Source of the DNA: an uncultured Armatimonadetes bacterium
GTDB lineage: Bacteria; Armatimonadota; Hebobacteria; Hebobacterales; Hebobacteraceae
NCBI GenBank assembly: GCA_963716175.1
Contig: OY970296.1
Location: 1-64,000 of the forward strand
Direction: 5' to 3'
Length of the DNA stretch: 64,000 nt
The stretch's first letter is position 1. The number at the start of each line of letters is the position of its first letter. Both the position numbers and the translations under genes were made by a program. Below the pieces are notes generated by a model, which worked only from the letters and a program-made list of their open reading frames with translations, did not search any database and was not told where the DNA came from. Shown piece after piece: positions 19,818 through 29,929 of the stretch.

Positions 19818-21076
19818 TAGCCTCCTGGCCGGGTCGCTTGAGACAACACCGGATCGGCCGGCCGTGTCTGGGGGAACAGCTCTCGCGCCAACGCGCCAGT
19901 TCCCTCCTGTCCGATCCGAGTCAGCTTGTCCGCCAGCGTCTCGATGCTGCGGGAGATGGCTGCCTCCGGGTGGCTGGTAACAAAGGGCAGACCTCCATTG
20001 ATCGAGTTCACTGCCAGCCCGGTGGCGTTCGGAATGGTGGCCGCCGCCGCTCGCCCGACGGCGGTCTCGATCTCCTCTGCCCGTAGACGATTGCTGCGGG
20101 CCATCCGATTCAGCACCAAATGAACTCGCTCTCCGGGTACGTAGTCCCGGATGAGGAGATGGTAGAGCCGGCGGGTGTCGTTGAGTGTCGTCAGGTCGTA
20201 GAGGTTCGCTACGAGGGCCACCGCCGTCGCATGCCTCAGCGCACATGTGGTGGTCTCATACAGCATCGGTGGCACATCCAGAACGATGAAGCGGTAGTTG
20301 CGCTTCAGAATGCGAAGCACGGCCCGCAGGAATGCCGAGCTGATCATACTCAGGTCGGTGGGGGTGTTAGCGCCCACCAGCACCTTGAGCCCCGATCCGT
20401 GGGGCGTCAGGTGCGCCTCCACTAGGTCGTGATCGATCTCGTCCTCCATGGGGACCATGTCCACCAGTGCTCGTTGCGGGTGTAGGTTCAGCATGAGGGC
20501 GACATCGCCAAACTGGCAGTAGAGGTCCACCAGCACGGTCTGCCCTGGGTGCCGGCGGGCCAGCACGACGCTCAGGTTCACTGCCAGCGTCGTCTTGCCG
20601 ACCCCGCCCTTTGCTCCCGCAATCGCGATGACGCGAGGAACCAGATCCGGATCCATCAGCGCCTGGAACTCACGCGTATCGCGCTTCTCTCGGGCGCGTC
20701 GGACCACCTGGAGCGCCTCCAGCAGCTCTGCTGGTTCGACCGGCTTGCTCAGGATGTCGTTCACCCCCGCCCGGATAGCCCGTCGCCACAAGAGATCCGG
20801 GTCTTGGGCGGTCAGCAGCACCGTGGCCACCTGGGGCGCCGCGAGCGAGATTGCCGCAGCCGCCGAAAGGCCGTCCATCTCTGCCAAGTGCTCGTCCAGC
20901 AGGACCAGATCCGGGAGCAGCTGGGTCGCCATGCGTGCGGCCTCGAACCCGTCCTGGGCCAGACCGACAACCTCTACGTCTTCTTTCTGGCCCAGGGTGT
21001 CGAGTATCCGCTCGCCGTCCAGCCCATCGCCAGCGGCCACGACAATGCGGACGCTCTGGTTACCGCCATCGGCCAT
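19817..21076 (-). CDS. cpaE: CpaE/TadZ receiver plus MinD-like ATPase
   Basis: N-terminal receiver; KGGVGKTT, LVDLYCQFGD. Confidence 0.93.
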   Translation of the reverse strand: MADGGNQSVRIVVAAGDGLDGERILDTLGQKEDVEVVGLAQDGFEAARMATQLLPDLVLLDEHLAEMDGLSAAAAISLAAPQVATVLLTAQDPDLLWRRAIRAGVNDILSKPVEPAELLEALQVVRRAREKRDTREFQALMDPDLVPRVIAIAGAKGGVGKTTLAVNLSVVLARRHPGQTVLVDLYCQFGDVALMLNLHPQRALVDMVPMEDEIDHDLVEAHLTPHGSGLKVLVGANTPTDLSMISSAFLRAVLRILKRNYRFIVLDVPPMLYETTTCALRHATAVALVANLYDLTTLNDTRRLYHLLIRDYVPGERVHLVLNRMARSNRLRAEEIETAVGRAAAATIPNATGLAVNSINGGLPFVTSHPEAAISRSIETLADKLTRIGQEGTGALARELFPQTRPADPVLSQATRPGG

Positions 21077-22653
21077 TACGGGTTCTCCCCAGCCGTCTTC
21101 AGGGCAGCATCCGTGTGGGCCGCCGCAGACGCCTCGGTCAGGATCTCGGGTGTCACCAGGATCACGAGCTCGGTGTCCCGCCGCTGCCTGTCCGTGCGCT
21201 TGAACAGCTCGCCCAGGATGGGCAGCTGGCCCAGAAGAGGGATCGCGTGCACATTCTTCGTCAACTCGGTCTGGTAGAGCCCGCCGATCACCAGCGTCTG
21301 TCTGTCATTCATATGCAGTGTAGTCTGGGCCCTTCGGACGCGCAGCGCCGGCAGCACGATGTTGCTCACGACGATCGCGTTGCCGAAGTCAAGGCTGCTC
21401 ACCTCTGGGGAGACATTCAGGTCAATGCTCTTGCCATCTCGGCTCACGATGCCCTGGATTGCCAGCCTGACGCCGAACTCTTTCCACTCAACTGTGATGG
21501 CCCCCGCAGCGCCGGCGGCCGCTCCCGTCGCTGTCTGCACGACCGGTATGGGAATCTCGCCGCCCACCAGGATGCTGGCCATCTTGCCTTCCGTGACCAG
21601 CAGGTTAGGCTCGGCGAGAATACGGGCTCTGTTCGTGGTTTCGAGGAGCTTCAACTGGGCGCTCAGTCCCTCCAGGCGCTGGATGGGACCGCCCTGGTTC
21701 ACGCCCACCGGCCCGGTGAACGCTTCCCCGAACAGGATGGGCTGATCGTGGGCCGTCCGGGTGACCTGACCGGCTTCCGTTTCCCCGGAAGTGAGACCGC
21801 CCCAGGTCACGCCGATCTCGCCCAGGGCGGACCGGTTGATGTCAACCACCTTGACGTGAACCAGGATCTGACGCGGCTCGTAGCTGGGCGCCAAGACGGT
21901 GTCGACTACCCCAATCTGGCTTCCCAGCCCGCGGATGATCTGATCGAGGCGTGCCTTTTGCTCCGGCGATGCCGTGCCCTCAAAGAGCAGTACTCGGTCA
22001 CTGAGGGCACTTACCTTGATCCCCGGGCCCACCGCTGCCTGGATGGCGGCGACATCCAGCGTCGGCCCCTGTGCAGCGGAGCGCGCCCTGATGAGATTGC
22101 TGACGCGGGGTGCATAGGCCGCGGCAATCGCTCCTGCCCGGTCGGCCTCGACCGTCGTATCTACGTCCCCCTCAAGCAGGATGATGCCGTTGTGCTCGCT
22201 CACCCGGATTCCGGTACGACCAATGGCATCCCTGATCTTGCTGACGGTGTCGGCCATCACCGAGGGCGTGGCAGTGACCACTACCCGGAACTGGTGCTGG
22301 CCCTTGTCGTCCCAGACGTAGAAGTCCGTGGCGCCAGGCGCCTTACCGGTCAGCATGATCTGCCTGACCGTCAGCACGACGTAGTCCGCCACGCTTGGGT
22401 CGGACACCGCCGCGCGCTTGATGTTCTGGAAGTCCATGATCCTCGAGCCTCCGACCGACACCGACGTGGCAGCCCCAGCCTGCTCGGCCCCGGCGCTGCC
22501 TATCATGGCTACCAGCAGAGCCGCCACTATCGTCGCCAGCGCGGCATATCGTCTCGCCTTCTCTCCGACAGAGAACTTGGTCTTCATCTCACTCATGTCG
22601 GCAATCCCTGTGGGGTTTGCCTTCCTCCTGTTCAGGTTGTGCGTGGTGTCCAC
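21076..22653 (-). CDS. cpaC: Tad secretin CpaC/RcpA with BON domain
   Basis: T2SS/T3SS pilus N-domain, BON, LAEPNL..ASILVGGEIPIP, IPLLGQLPILGELFK. Confidence 0.95.
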   Translation of the reverse strand: MDTTHNLNRRKANPTGIADMSEMKTKFSVGEKARRYAALATIVAALLVAMIGSAGAEQAGAATSVSVGGSRIMDFQNIKRAAVSDPSVADYVVLTVRQIMLTGKAPGATDFYVWDDKGQHQFRVVVTATPSVMADTVSKIRDAIGRTGIRVSEHNGIILLEGDVDTTVEADRAGAIAAAYAPRVSNLIRARSAAQGPTLDVAAIQAAVGPGIKVSALSDRVLLFEGTASPEQKARLDQIIRGLGSQIGVVDTVLAPSYEPRQILVHVKVVDINRSALGEIGVTWGGLTSGETEAGQVTRTAHDQPILFGEAFTGPVGVNQGGPIQRLEGLSAQLKLLETTNRARILAEPNLLVTEGKMASILVGGEIPIPVVQTATGAAAGAAGAITVEWKEFGVRLAIQGIVSRDGKSIDLNVSPEVSSLDFGNAIVVSNIVLPALRVRRAQTTLHMNDRQTLVIGGLYQTELTKNVHAIPLLGQLPILGELFKRTDRQRRDTELVILVTPEILTEASAAAHTDAALKTAGENP

Positions 22654-22677
22654 TTCGCCCCGCGGCTCGCGGGGTGC

Positions 22678-23556
22678 CTACTCAGGGCTAACCGAGACCG
22701 TGGACTTCGCAGTCCCGCGAATCGTCTCGACGCTGTCCACCCTCGGCCGGACATTGGGAGTTGGAGACGAGCGGCGAGTGTCGGATGCGCGGCGAATCAC
22801 GTCGTTCCTCGGTGCCGCCCTTGTACCGGCCAACGTGCCACTGGAGACACCGTTCAACCACAGCTTCGCGCTGTCCCCGGAGCGTCGCAGGGCCAGCCGC
22901 AGCTTCCCCTTGGACTCCGCCAGGGTCAGCCTCTCGGCGTCCTCGGGCCTCACCGCCAGGGTGGCGTTGGGCTGCTCCTTCGGACGCGCCGCCCGCTCCC
23001 CCAAGGGCTTGCCCACCTCCTCCGGCACAACCTCAGGCCCGATCGCGAGCAGCTCAACATCCTGAAGCACGGTCCTCGTCACCGCGGTGCCGCTCATCCC
23101 GTCCAGGTCGAATGTGGCCAGCACATCAACGTGGTCGCCGGCCTTCAGGAATCCGGCGACGCCGATGACGGAGTCCAGTGCCACCGTGACCGCCCGCATA
23201 CCATCGGGCACCACATAGGCAAGCCCCAGCGAGGCCGTCTGCGGCGCGATCGCCGCCCGGCGCACCGGCTCATCTGTCGCCAGTGGGACGAGGGTCACCC
23301 GGCCCACCACCTCTTGCACCGAGCCGGCGCAGTTCGCGGGCACAGCAGCCGCTGGCCTGGTGGTCTCACTCACCATCCCCGGCTCGATCACTGTCCGTGC
23401 AGGCAGCTCCCGCGTCGCCACCACCACCGACACTGGCATCGTCATCGCGGCGGCCTGCGACTGCTCCCTATTCAGGAACAGGTAGGACAGCAGAGCAGCC
23501 AGCGCCCCAGCGCAGAGGGCTGCGAGTGCCATTGCTCGTCCTGTAAGTCGGAACAT
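22678..23556 (-). CDS. cpaB: Flp pilus assembly protein CpaB/RcpC
   Basis: SAF domain VVVATREL, GMRAVTV..GVAGFLKAGDHVDV. Confidence 0.95.
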   Translation of the reverse strand: MFRLTGRAMALAALCAGALAALLSYLFLNREQSQAAAMTMPVSVVVATRELPARTVIEPGMVSETTRPAAAVPANCAGSVQEVVGRVTLVPLATDEPVRRAAIAPQTASLGLAYVVPDGMRAVTVALDSVIGVAGFLKAGDHVDVLATFDLDGMSGTAVTRTVLQDVELLAIGPEVVPEEVGKPLGERAARPKEQPNATLAVRPEDAERLTLAESKGKLRLALRRSGDSAKLWLNGVSSGTLAGTRAAPRNDVIRRASDTRRSSPTPNVRPRVDSVETIRGTAKSTVSVSPE

Positions 23557-23801
23557 AAGGTACCTCCTTCCAAATCTGTTCGCCCAACCGCCTACTCGAC
23601 AAGGCGGAACATCACGACCCCGGGATTGGACCTGAACCGTCCGACGCCTGGGGACGGTGCAATCAATGAACAGTCTTTGGCCGCTAGGACCGCCGACATT
23701 GACTCAGCTCTCGGGGACCGAGCGGGAGCGTGATGCACGATCTCGCGACGGTCCGGGCGACTCCCAATCACGCGCTTAGAGGTCATTACCTGCGCCCTCG
23801 T

Positions 23802-24314
23802 CTACTCTCTCCGCATTACGGCGTCGGCTCTTTGGGGAAGCCGGTCTCCCTGCGCTCCAGTGAGCCAAGAGAAGAAACTCCCGGTGATCAGGTGGTGCGG
23901 CCAGTTCACGGTGACCTTGATAAGGCTGCCCACAGGAGCGTTGTTCGCCTTGCCGCCGCCCGCGTCACCGAGGGAATAGGGATAGGTCTGTCCCTGATCC
24001 GTTGAGTACTTCAGGGTCGTCGCAAGCTCATTGTGGTTGGGCAGAGACCCACCGACGTTCAGAACGCGCTGCTTGATTTCCGCCACCGGCCTGCCCACAG
24101 ATGCTTGGCGCGACCCCTCGCGCGCCATCTGTAGCAGAGTCAGCTGGTGCAGCATCACCACGCCGGACTCAAGGATCCCGAGGAGAAGTAGGAGCAGTAG
24201 GGGCATCACCAGCGCCATCTCCACCAGCGCCGCGCCCCGCGCTACCCCACGCCGGCACCTCGTCTGCCCGAAACTCACACTCTGCTTCCTGTAACTCGCG
24301 CGGCGGTTCTTCAT
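23802..24314 (-). CDS. tadE: TadE pseudopilin
   Basis: RG|AALVEMALVMPLLLLLLLGILE...AREGSR. Confidence 0.92.
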   Translation of the reverse strand: MKNRRASYRKQSVSFGQTRCRRGVARGAALVEMALVMPLLLLLLLGILESGVVMLHQLTLLQMAREGSRQASVGRPVAEIKQRVLNVGGSLPNHNELATTLKYSTDQGQTYPYSLGDAGGGKANNAPVGSLIKVTVNWPHHLITGSFFSWLTGAQGDRLPQRADAVMRRE

Positions 24315-24332
24315 CTCTTCCTCACCACCCCG

Positions 24333-24857
24333 TCACATCCCCAATGACACAGCTAAGACAGAACCCAAAGCAATCGCAATCGAGTAGGGGATCTTGCCGG
24401 CTACTGACCCCGCCGGGATGGCCGTTGAGGTCCCGCCGGCACTCGAGAGCATGGTGGCGACCATCATGTTGACCGCCGTTTCCTTGATCGCCCTGCGCCG
24501 AAGCATGCCGACCACTGCCACCGCACCGCCGAACACCCCTGTCAACAGCATCGCCCAGACGGCAAAGTGGAATCCCTTGAGCGCGCCCACTGCGATCAGG
24601 AGCTTGATGTCTCCGCCACCAAGGCTCGCAACTCTCGATAGCAGAAGCACTACGGCCAGCACTAATGCCATCCCAGACAGCCGATCCGCCATACCCAGCA
24701 GGCCGCCCCCAGCCGCTCCCAGCGCAACACCTGCCGCGGCGACCGGCGCGGTAAGCCAGTTGCGGATCTTGCCCGTACGCAGATCGGTGACAACTGCCAC
24801 TGCCAGCATCGCAAGCATGACACTCGTCGCTACGATCTCTATCACTTGTCCATGCAT
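24333..24857 (-). CDS. cpaA: A24 prepilin peptidase CpaA/TadV
   Basis: TDLRTGKIRN, LGGGDIKL, IPYSIAI. Confidence 0.93.
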   Translation of the reverse strand: MHGQVIEIVATSVMLAMLAVAVVTDLRTGKIRNWLTAPVAAAGVALGAAGGGLLGMADRLSGMALVLAVVLLLSRVASLGGGDIKLLIAVGALKGFHFAVWAMLLTGVFGGAVAVVGMLRRRAIKETAVNMMVATMLSSAGGTSTAIPAGSVAGKIPYSIAIALGSVLAVSLGM

Positions 24858-24984
24858 CTAGCCGATATCCTTGCTCTCAGTAGATCCAGAAGGCGGGGCC
24901 CCGTTGGCAATCCTCTGCTCACATCAACAGTCGCAAGACGCCCCAGCCCGAACGAAGCCCCGCCTCCTTGACGATTTCCCGCGT

Positions 24985-25179
24985 TCACTGGGTGGGCTGG
25001 ACCTGCCCGGCTCCCGAAGGAAGCTGCTTCTGCGCGTCGTCAAAAGTCCTGGCGACCTTCTGTCCCAGCGCGGTCACCACCAGGATAGCGACGATGGCGA
25101 TCAGCGCCAGCATCAGCGCATACTCGACCATAGTCGCTCCCTCTTCGTCGCACCACAGCATCTTGATCCTCTGCAGCAT
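24985..25179 (-). CDS. flp: Flp major pilin
   Basis: DEEG|ATMVEYALMLALIAIV; RBS AAAGGAG. Confidence 0.95.
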   Translation of the reverse strand: MLQRIKMLWCDEEGATMVEYALMLALIAIVAILVVTALGQKVARTFDDAQKQLPSGAGQVQPTQ

Positions 25180-25491
25180 CTCTGTCTCGCTCCTTTCGCT
25201 ATCTTGGTCGATCGTCGTCGGCGGCGGCGACCCGCGGACTGGCCAAATGGGGGCCTCATCCGTCGAAGGACTGGGGAAGCTGCTGCGAGGGAGACTGCGG
25301 TCCGTGGTTGGTGCTTTGCCGACAACGTCAACTACTATCCTAGCCGTGAAGCGTGACAGAGGCAATCGAACCAAAGGCGCGAATTGGGTGGCCGCGAGGC
25401 CTAGTACTAAGGATGTATGGGCAGAGCAAGATGCGCTGGCCGACTCGCCGCGGAGCCGCTCAGTCATGCTGTTGGCGGAGCCGTGGTAACC

Positions 25492-25667
25492 GGCGGGCCG
25501 GCATCACCCACATATAGGCGAAATCGGCGTCGAGACTTGACCCACTGGACATGAGAGCCGGAGAATCCAGACGAGGAATTCAGGGACCAGACTGAACTGA
25601 TTTCGCTAATCCAGGGTGGGTCAGCATTGGGCGCCGATGGTGGGTCAATTCTCGGTGCCGACTGACA
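25492..25667 (-). mobile_element. IS21-family-like terminal fragment
   Basis: Reverse complement begins TGTCAGTCGGC..TGACCCACC with an internal repeat; homologous to 51497-51648. Confidence 0.7.
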
Positions 25668-26600
25668 AGAGCGATCCCGGAGGCCTCCGCGGCTGGCGTG
25701 CTTTTCCTCTGTGACACCCGGGTCGAGCGCATCGTGGTGAGCAATGGCAGGGCAGTCGGGGTGAGCGGGCGGGTGCTCGACCGCGCGACGGGCCGGCCCC
25801 GGTTCCGCGCCGAGATCCGGGCGAAGACCGTGGTCGCTGCCGCTGGGGCGCTGCACACGCCCGCGCTCCTCAGGGCGAGCGGAATCGCGCGTGGCAACCC
25901 CGCACTGGGCAGACACCTGAAACTCCACCTCTGTGCGAGAGCCACTGGTGTGTTTGACGAGCCGGTTGATGCTTTTCGGGGAGCCTGTCAGGGTGTGTAC
26001 GTTGATGACTACCTGGGCGAGGGGGTGATGTTGGAGGGGACTTTCAGCGGGCCCTGCTCGCAACTGCCCGGCCTGTTTGGCTTCGGTCCCGGTTTTGCCG
26101 CAAAGGCGGCCAGCTACCGCCACATGGCCTGTATCGGGATCCTCACCAGTGAGACGGCGGAAGGCCGAGTCGTGACGGGCATCCGTGGGAAGCCCCTGGT
26201 GCTGTACCAGGCATCGCAGCGCGATGCGCAGACAATGCACTGGGCAATGCTGAGGGCCGACCGGATCCTCTTTGCCGCGGGCGCCCGGCAGGTCATCAAC
26301 GGCAGCTACGCGTTCCCCGAAGCCAACGCTCCGAGCGATCTGGATCGCGCAGGCGCTCTGAGGGTGCGCCCACAAGACCTGCTGATGATGGCCTTCCATC
26401 CCCAGGGCACGTGCCGGATGGGAGTGGACCGGCGGCGCAGTGTCGTCCGCGAGAGCGGCGAGTGCCATGACGTGGCATGCCTCTACATCGCGGACGCGAG
26501 CGTGTTCGCCAGCTCCATCGGGGTCAACCCGCAGGAGACCGTCTGGGCAGTGGCACACACGGTCGCGCGTCATATCGCTCGAGACGCATTCGACTTGTGA
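25668..26600 (+). pseudogene. GMC oxidoreductase, C-terminal part only
   Basis: VVAAAGALHTPALL, FHPQGTCRMG, LYIADASVF..GVNPQ; the N-terminal FAD motif is missing, cut at the IS end. Confidence 0.85.
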
Positions 26601-27064
26601 GCACGCCATGCCCACTGCCGCATGATGCAGACAGGTGAGCGTGTGACAGAGCACTGCCCATACCATCGCGCGCCGGCCGGTTGGGAGCCGCCTCGTCCGG
26701 ACTCCTTCACCGCGGATGGGACCTACGGTGGGTGTCGAGCGCCCGCGAAGCCGGGCCTGGGAGGTCTCTAGCACGGCGGAGGTTAGCTGAGCAACTAGCC
26801 ACACGCGGGCGGCACCCCGACGGTACGCCTAGCTAAGCATATGTGGGATCTCGGGCCCGCCAGTTTGCTGCCCGTCCGCTCTCCACCGGAGTTCTCAGAG
26901 CCGAAGGGCCTCGCTCAGGCGGTTCCATCGCCGCTCGACACCCACAGAGGGGTTCACTCCACAGCATGGTATACCAGAGCATGGCCGGAAGGATGCCGCA
27001 GTGACGGCGAGAACTCAACGCCGAGGATGCCCAGGAACCGAGGCCCCTGGCTTCCTGGATGCCC

Positions 27065-27087
27065 CAGACTGGTTTTGGTACACTTCG
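27065..27087 (-). mobile_element. Solo IS terminal-repeat copy
   Basis: Reverse complement CGAAGTGTACCAAAACCAGTCTG. Confidence 0.45.
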
Positions 27088-27112
27088 CGAAGCGGTGAGC
27101 CGGAGGGCGGAG

Positions 27113-29395
27113 ATGAGCGGAACTCGGTGTGGGCAGCTTCTTGTCTTGTCCTGCATGACGATGCTGGTCCTGGGCCTGTGCGGCACATCGCAGGCCGGCC
27201 TGCAGGCGATCTGGGCGGTGGATGATGGGGAGAAGGTCTTTCAAGACGATCTTGATCATCCGCTCAAGTCAGGCGGGGCCGGCAACACAGTCTGGGACGG
27301 CACGAAGGTCCGGCTGTTTGCGGCGCGCAACGAGATCGTGGCCTTCCAGTTGATCCTCGAGGCTGACGCGGCCGGCACCTCGCAGGTGGATGTGCACGTT
27401 TCCGACCTCGTGAATGGAGCTGCCTCCATCCGCGGCAGCCATCCCTTGCCCCCGCCCAACGACTATATGGGAGTGGGGGTGGAGCTGTTCACCGAGCACT
27501 ACCTCAACATCACCGCTCCCTCCTGGAACAGCCCGTGCGGCGGGTTCTACTGGACCGGGGAGGCGAACCCCTATATCACTGGCAAGATTCCGGACGCGCT
27601 GGTACCCTTCTCGGCCCTCTCCGGCAAGGGCGGCGCGCCCTTCGACATCGGGGCGAGCCTGAACCAGGGGGTGTGGGCTGATATCTACGTGCCCCGGGAC
27701 GGAACGCCGGGCATCTACTCCGGCACCATCAGCGTGTCGGTGCAGGGCAGCCCTGTGGCAACGATCCCGCTCGAGGTGGAGGTGCTCGACCTCACGCTCT
27801 CGGATGAGAACCACTACAAGTCCATGGTGTTCTACAGCCGCGAGAGCATCCTCGAGCGACACGATACCGGCTACTGCACACCGGAGATGTGGGACATGGT
27901 GCTGGACTACCACCGCATGGCTCACCGCCATCGGCTCGAGCTGATCGGGTGCGGCGACTGGACAGAGACGGAGCCGCTGACGGGAACGCTCACCGGCGAA
28001 GCATTCACCTCCGCCCACAACTACGACGGACCCGGTGAAGGGGTTGGCAACTCGCTCTTCTGCGTCAACACCTACGGCGTCCAGTTCCCAGATGATGAAG
28101 CCAGCTACCGGAGCGAGTCCGACAACTGGGTGAACTGGTTCACCACCAATGCCCCGGAGGACATCGAGTACTTCTTGTATCTGTGCGACGAACCGGGCCC
28201 TGATATGTACCCGTGGATCGAGGAGCGAGCAAGCTGGATCCACAACAACCCCGGGCCCGGGCACCACCTCCCGGTGTTCATGACCCGGGCGCCGATTGAC
28301 TCCCTCATCGGCTCCATTGACATCTGGTGCTGCCAGGCGCCATCCTACTACCCCGACGACGTCGCCGCCGCCCAGGCGAGAGGCGAACGCGTCTGGCTCT
28401 ACGCCGGGAACCGCCCTCAGACGCCGGCCGACGCCACAGATGAGTACGGCATCGCCTTCCGCCTCAAGCCCTGGATCGCCCACAAGTGCGATGTCCCGCG
28501 CTGGTTCACCTGGGAGAGCACCCACTACTACAACAACCAGAACGAGATAGACCCTGGCGGACGCAAGAACGTGTGGGTGAACCCCATCACCTTCTCGGAG
28601 GACATGGGAGGCGGCACCCCTTGCCCGGCTGGCACGGGCAACGGCGATGGCGTGCTCTTCTACCCCGGACAGGACGCGCTCTTCCCGGAGGAGGATCGCA
28701 ACTATCCTGGGCCGGTCAGCTCCATCCGGATGAAGATGTACCGGCGCGGCATCCAGGATGTGGAGTACATGTGGCTGGCGGAGCAATCCGGTCATGCTGG
28801 AGAGGTCCAGACCCTCCTCGCCGGCCTGCTGCCCAATATCATGTGGGAGGCGCAGGCGGTTCCCACCTGGTCCAATGCCAACGCTGACTACGAAGCTGCT
28901 CGGCGCCAGTTGGCAGACCTGATACTGCAGCCGGCGGCGCCGGTGGTGCTGGAGGCGCACCCCAACGAGCGGGCACAGGGGCGCGCGGCGGGAGCGGGCG
29001 GCGCTTCCCTGGGCGGACCGTATTGGGTGGATCCCATAAACAAGCTCGTCGCAGTCTACTGGTGGAAGGAGTATCGCTTCGCCGCCAGCGGGGTGCTGTG
29101 GGTGCAGGTGTGCGCACAGAACTGGGCCGGCACCCAGAATGGCGACGGGGACGACGACAACACGAAAGTGGCGGTGAACGGGGTGGCGCTGGCGGACTAC
29201 GATGGCATTCAGAACGGGGCTCCCGGGGGGTGGCAGTGGATCGGGGCCACCGAGGCGGGCCAGCGCTGGACGCTGCGGTTCCTGGCCGTGGGGGCCCCTG
29301 GGATGCAGAGCGTGAAGATCGCCGCGGACCAGGCGCCGGTGCTGTGGTGGGTGAAGGTGACGGACCTGGAGCCATATGAGATCATCCCCCCGTAG
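27113..29395 (+). CDS. Secreted DUF4091/GH123-like glycoside hydrolase with an extra C-terminal module
   Basis: Signal peptide; AARNE..AFQ, YLCDEP, GDGVLFYPG, SSIRMK..RRGIQDVEY. Confidence 0.8.
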   Translation: MSGTRCGQLLVLSCMTMLVLGLCGTSQAGLQAIWAVDDGEKVFQDDLDHPLKSGGAGNTVWDGTKVRLFAARNEIVAFQLILEADAAGTSQVDVHVSDLVNGAASIRGSHPLPPPNDYMGVGVELFTEHYLNITAPSWNSPCGGFYWTGEANPYITGKIPDALVPFSALSGKGGAPFDIGASLNQGVWADIYVPRDGTPGIYSGTISVSVQGSPVATIPLEVEVLDLTLSDENHYKSMVFYSRESILERHDTGYCTPEMWDMVLDYHRMAHRHRLELIGCGDWTETEPLTGTLTGEAFTSAHNYDGPGEGVGNSLFCVNTYGVQFPDDEASYRSESDNWVNWFTTNAPEDIEYFLYLCDEPGPDMYPWIEERASWIHNNPGPGHHLPVFMTRAPIDSLIGSIDIWCCQAPSYYPDDVAAAQARGERVWLYAGNRPQTPADATDEYGIAFRLKPWIAHKCDVPRWFTWESTHYYNNQNEIDPGGRKNVWVNPITFSEDMGGGTPCPAGTGNGDGVLFYPGQDALFPEEDRNYPGPVSSIRMKMYRRGIQDVEYMWLAEQSGHAGEVQTLLAGLLPNIMWEAQAVPTWSNANADYEAARRQLADLILQPAAPVVLEAHPNERAQGRAAGAGGASLGGPYWVDPINKLVAVYWWKEYRFAASGVLWVQVCAQNWAGTQNGDGDDDNTKVAVNGVALADYDGIQNGAPGGWQWIGATEAGQRWTLRFLAVGAPGMQSVKIAADQAPVLWWVKVTDLEPYEIIPP

Positions 29396-29626
29396 CAGCA
29401 CGCGCGGCGTGTCTGGGTGACGGGTACGCTGCCGAAGCACCGGAAGGTCAGGCCGCGGCCGCGAGTGGAGAGCGGGTTGCCTGCAGCAAAGGCCGGGGCC
29501 TGGGCTGCCGGGGCCGGCCTGTGGTTGCGGCCTCGTGTGGGTGCCGGGCGCTGGTAGGACCACTGCCGTAAACCTCGTGCGTCCCTAGGCTGTCTCCTCT
29601 GGCTGGTCAGGCGGCGAATTCATAGA

Positions 29627-29845
29627 TGTGGGTGTCAAGCGCCGATGGAACCGCTCAGCAGAGCTTCTTCTGCTCTCGGCGCGTGACTGGAAATCGGATG
29701 GGCGCGCCAATGCTGGTGCAGCAATCCCACATATGTTTAGCTGGGATTGTGGTGGCGGTGCCGCCCCTTTGTGGCCCGCTGTTGCCCAGCCCTTTGCCTT
29801 ACCGCCGGTGTTCCAAACCGGTTCCATCGTCGCCTGACACCCACA
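29627..29845. mobile_element. 219-bp MITE-like element with TGT...ACA ends
   Basis: 27-bp inverted repeats TGTGGGTGTCA(A/G)GCG(C/A)CGATGGAACCG with 2 mismatches; no TSD seen. Confidence 0.75.
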
Positions 29846-29929
29846 ACCGGTCTCAGATCATAACTGAAGGGAGTCAGCCTGAGCCATCCCAGCACCCGCC
29901 TGGAACGGTCCTACGGGCCCTCGACACAC

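Noticed and set aside
20851-23733. 960-aa plus-strand ORF, and similar long ORFs at 16834..18279, 18501..19820, 25464..26804 and 27269..29563
   Set aside because: Antisense shadows of well-supported genes in high-GC DNA; no motifs
25180-25400. c-di-GMP or c-di-AMP riboswitch upstream of flp; also examined 5480-5690 and 2700-3080
   Set aside because: Conserved aptamer motifs could not be matched by eye; needs an Rfam scan
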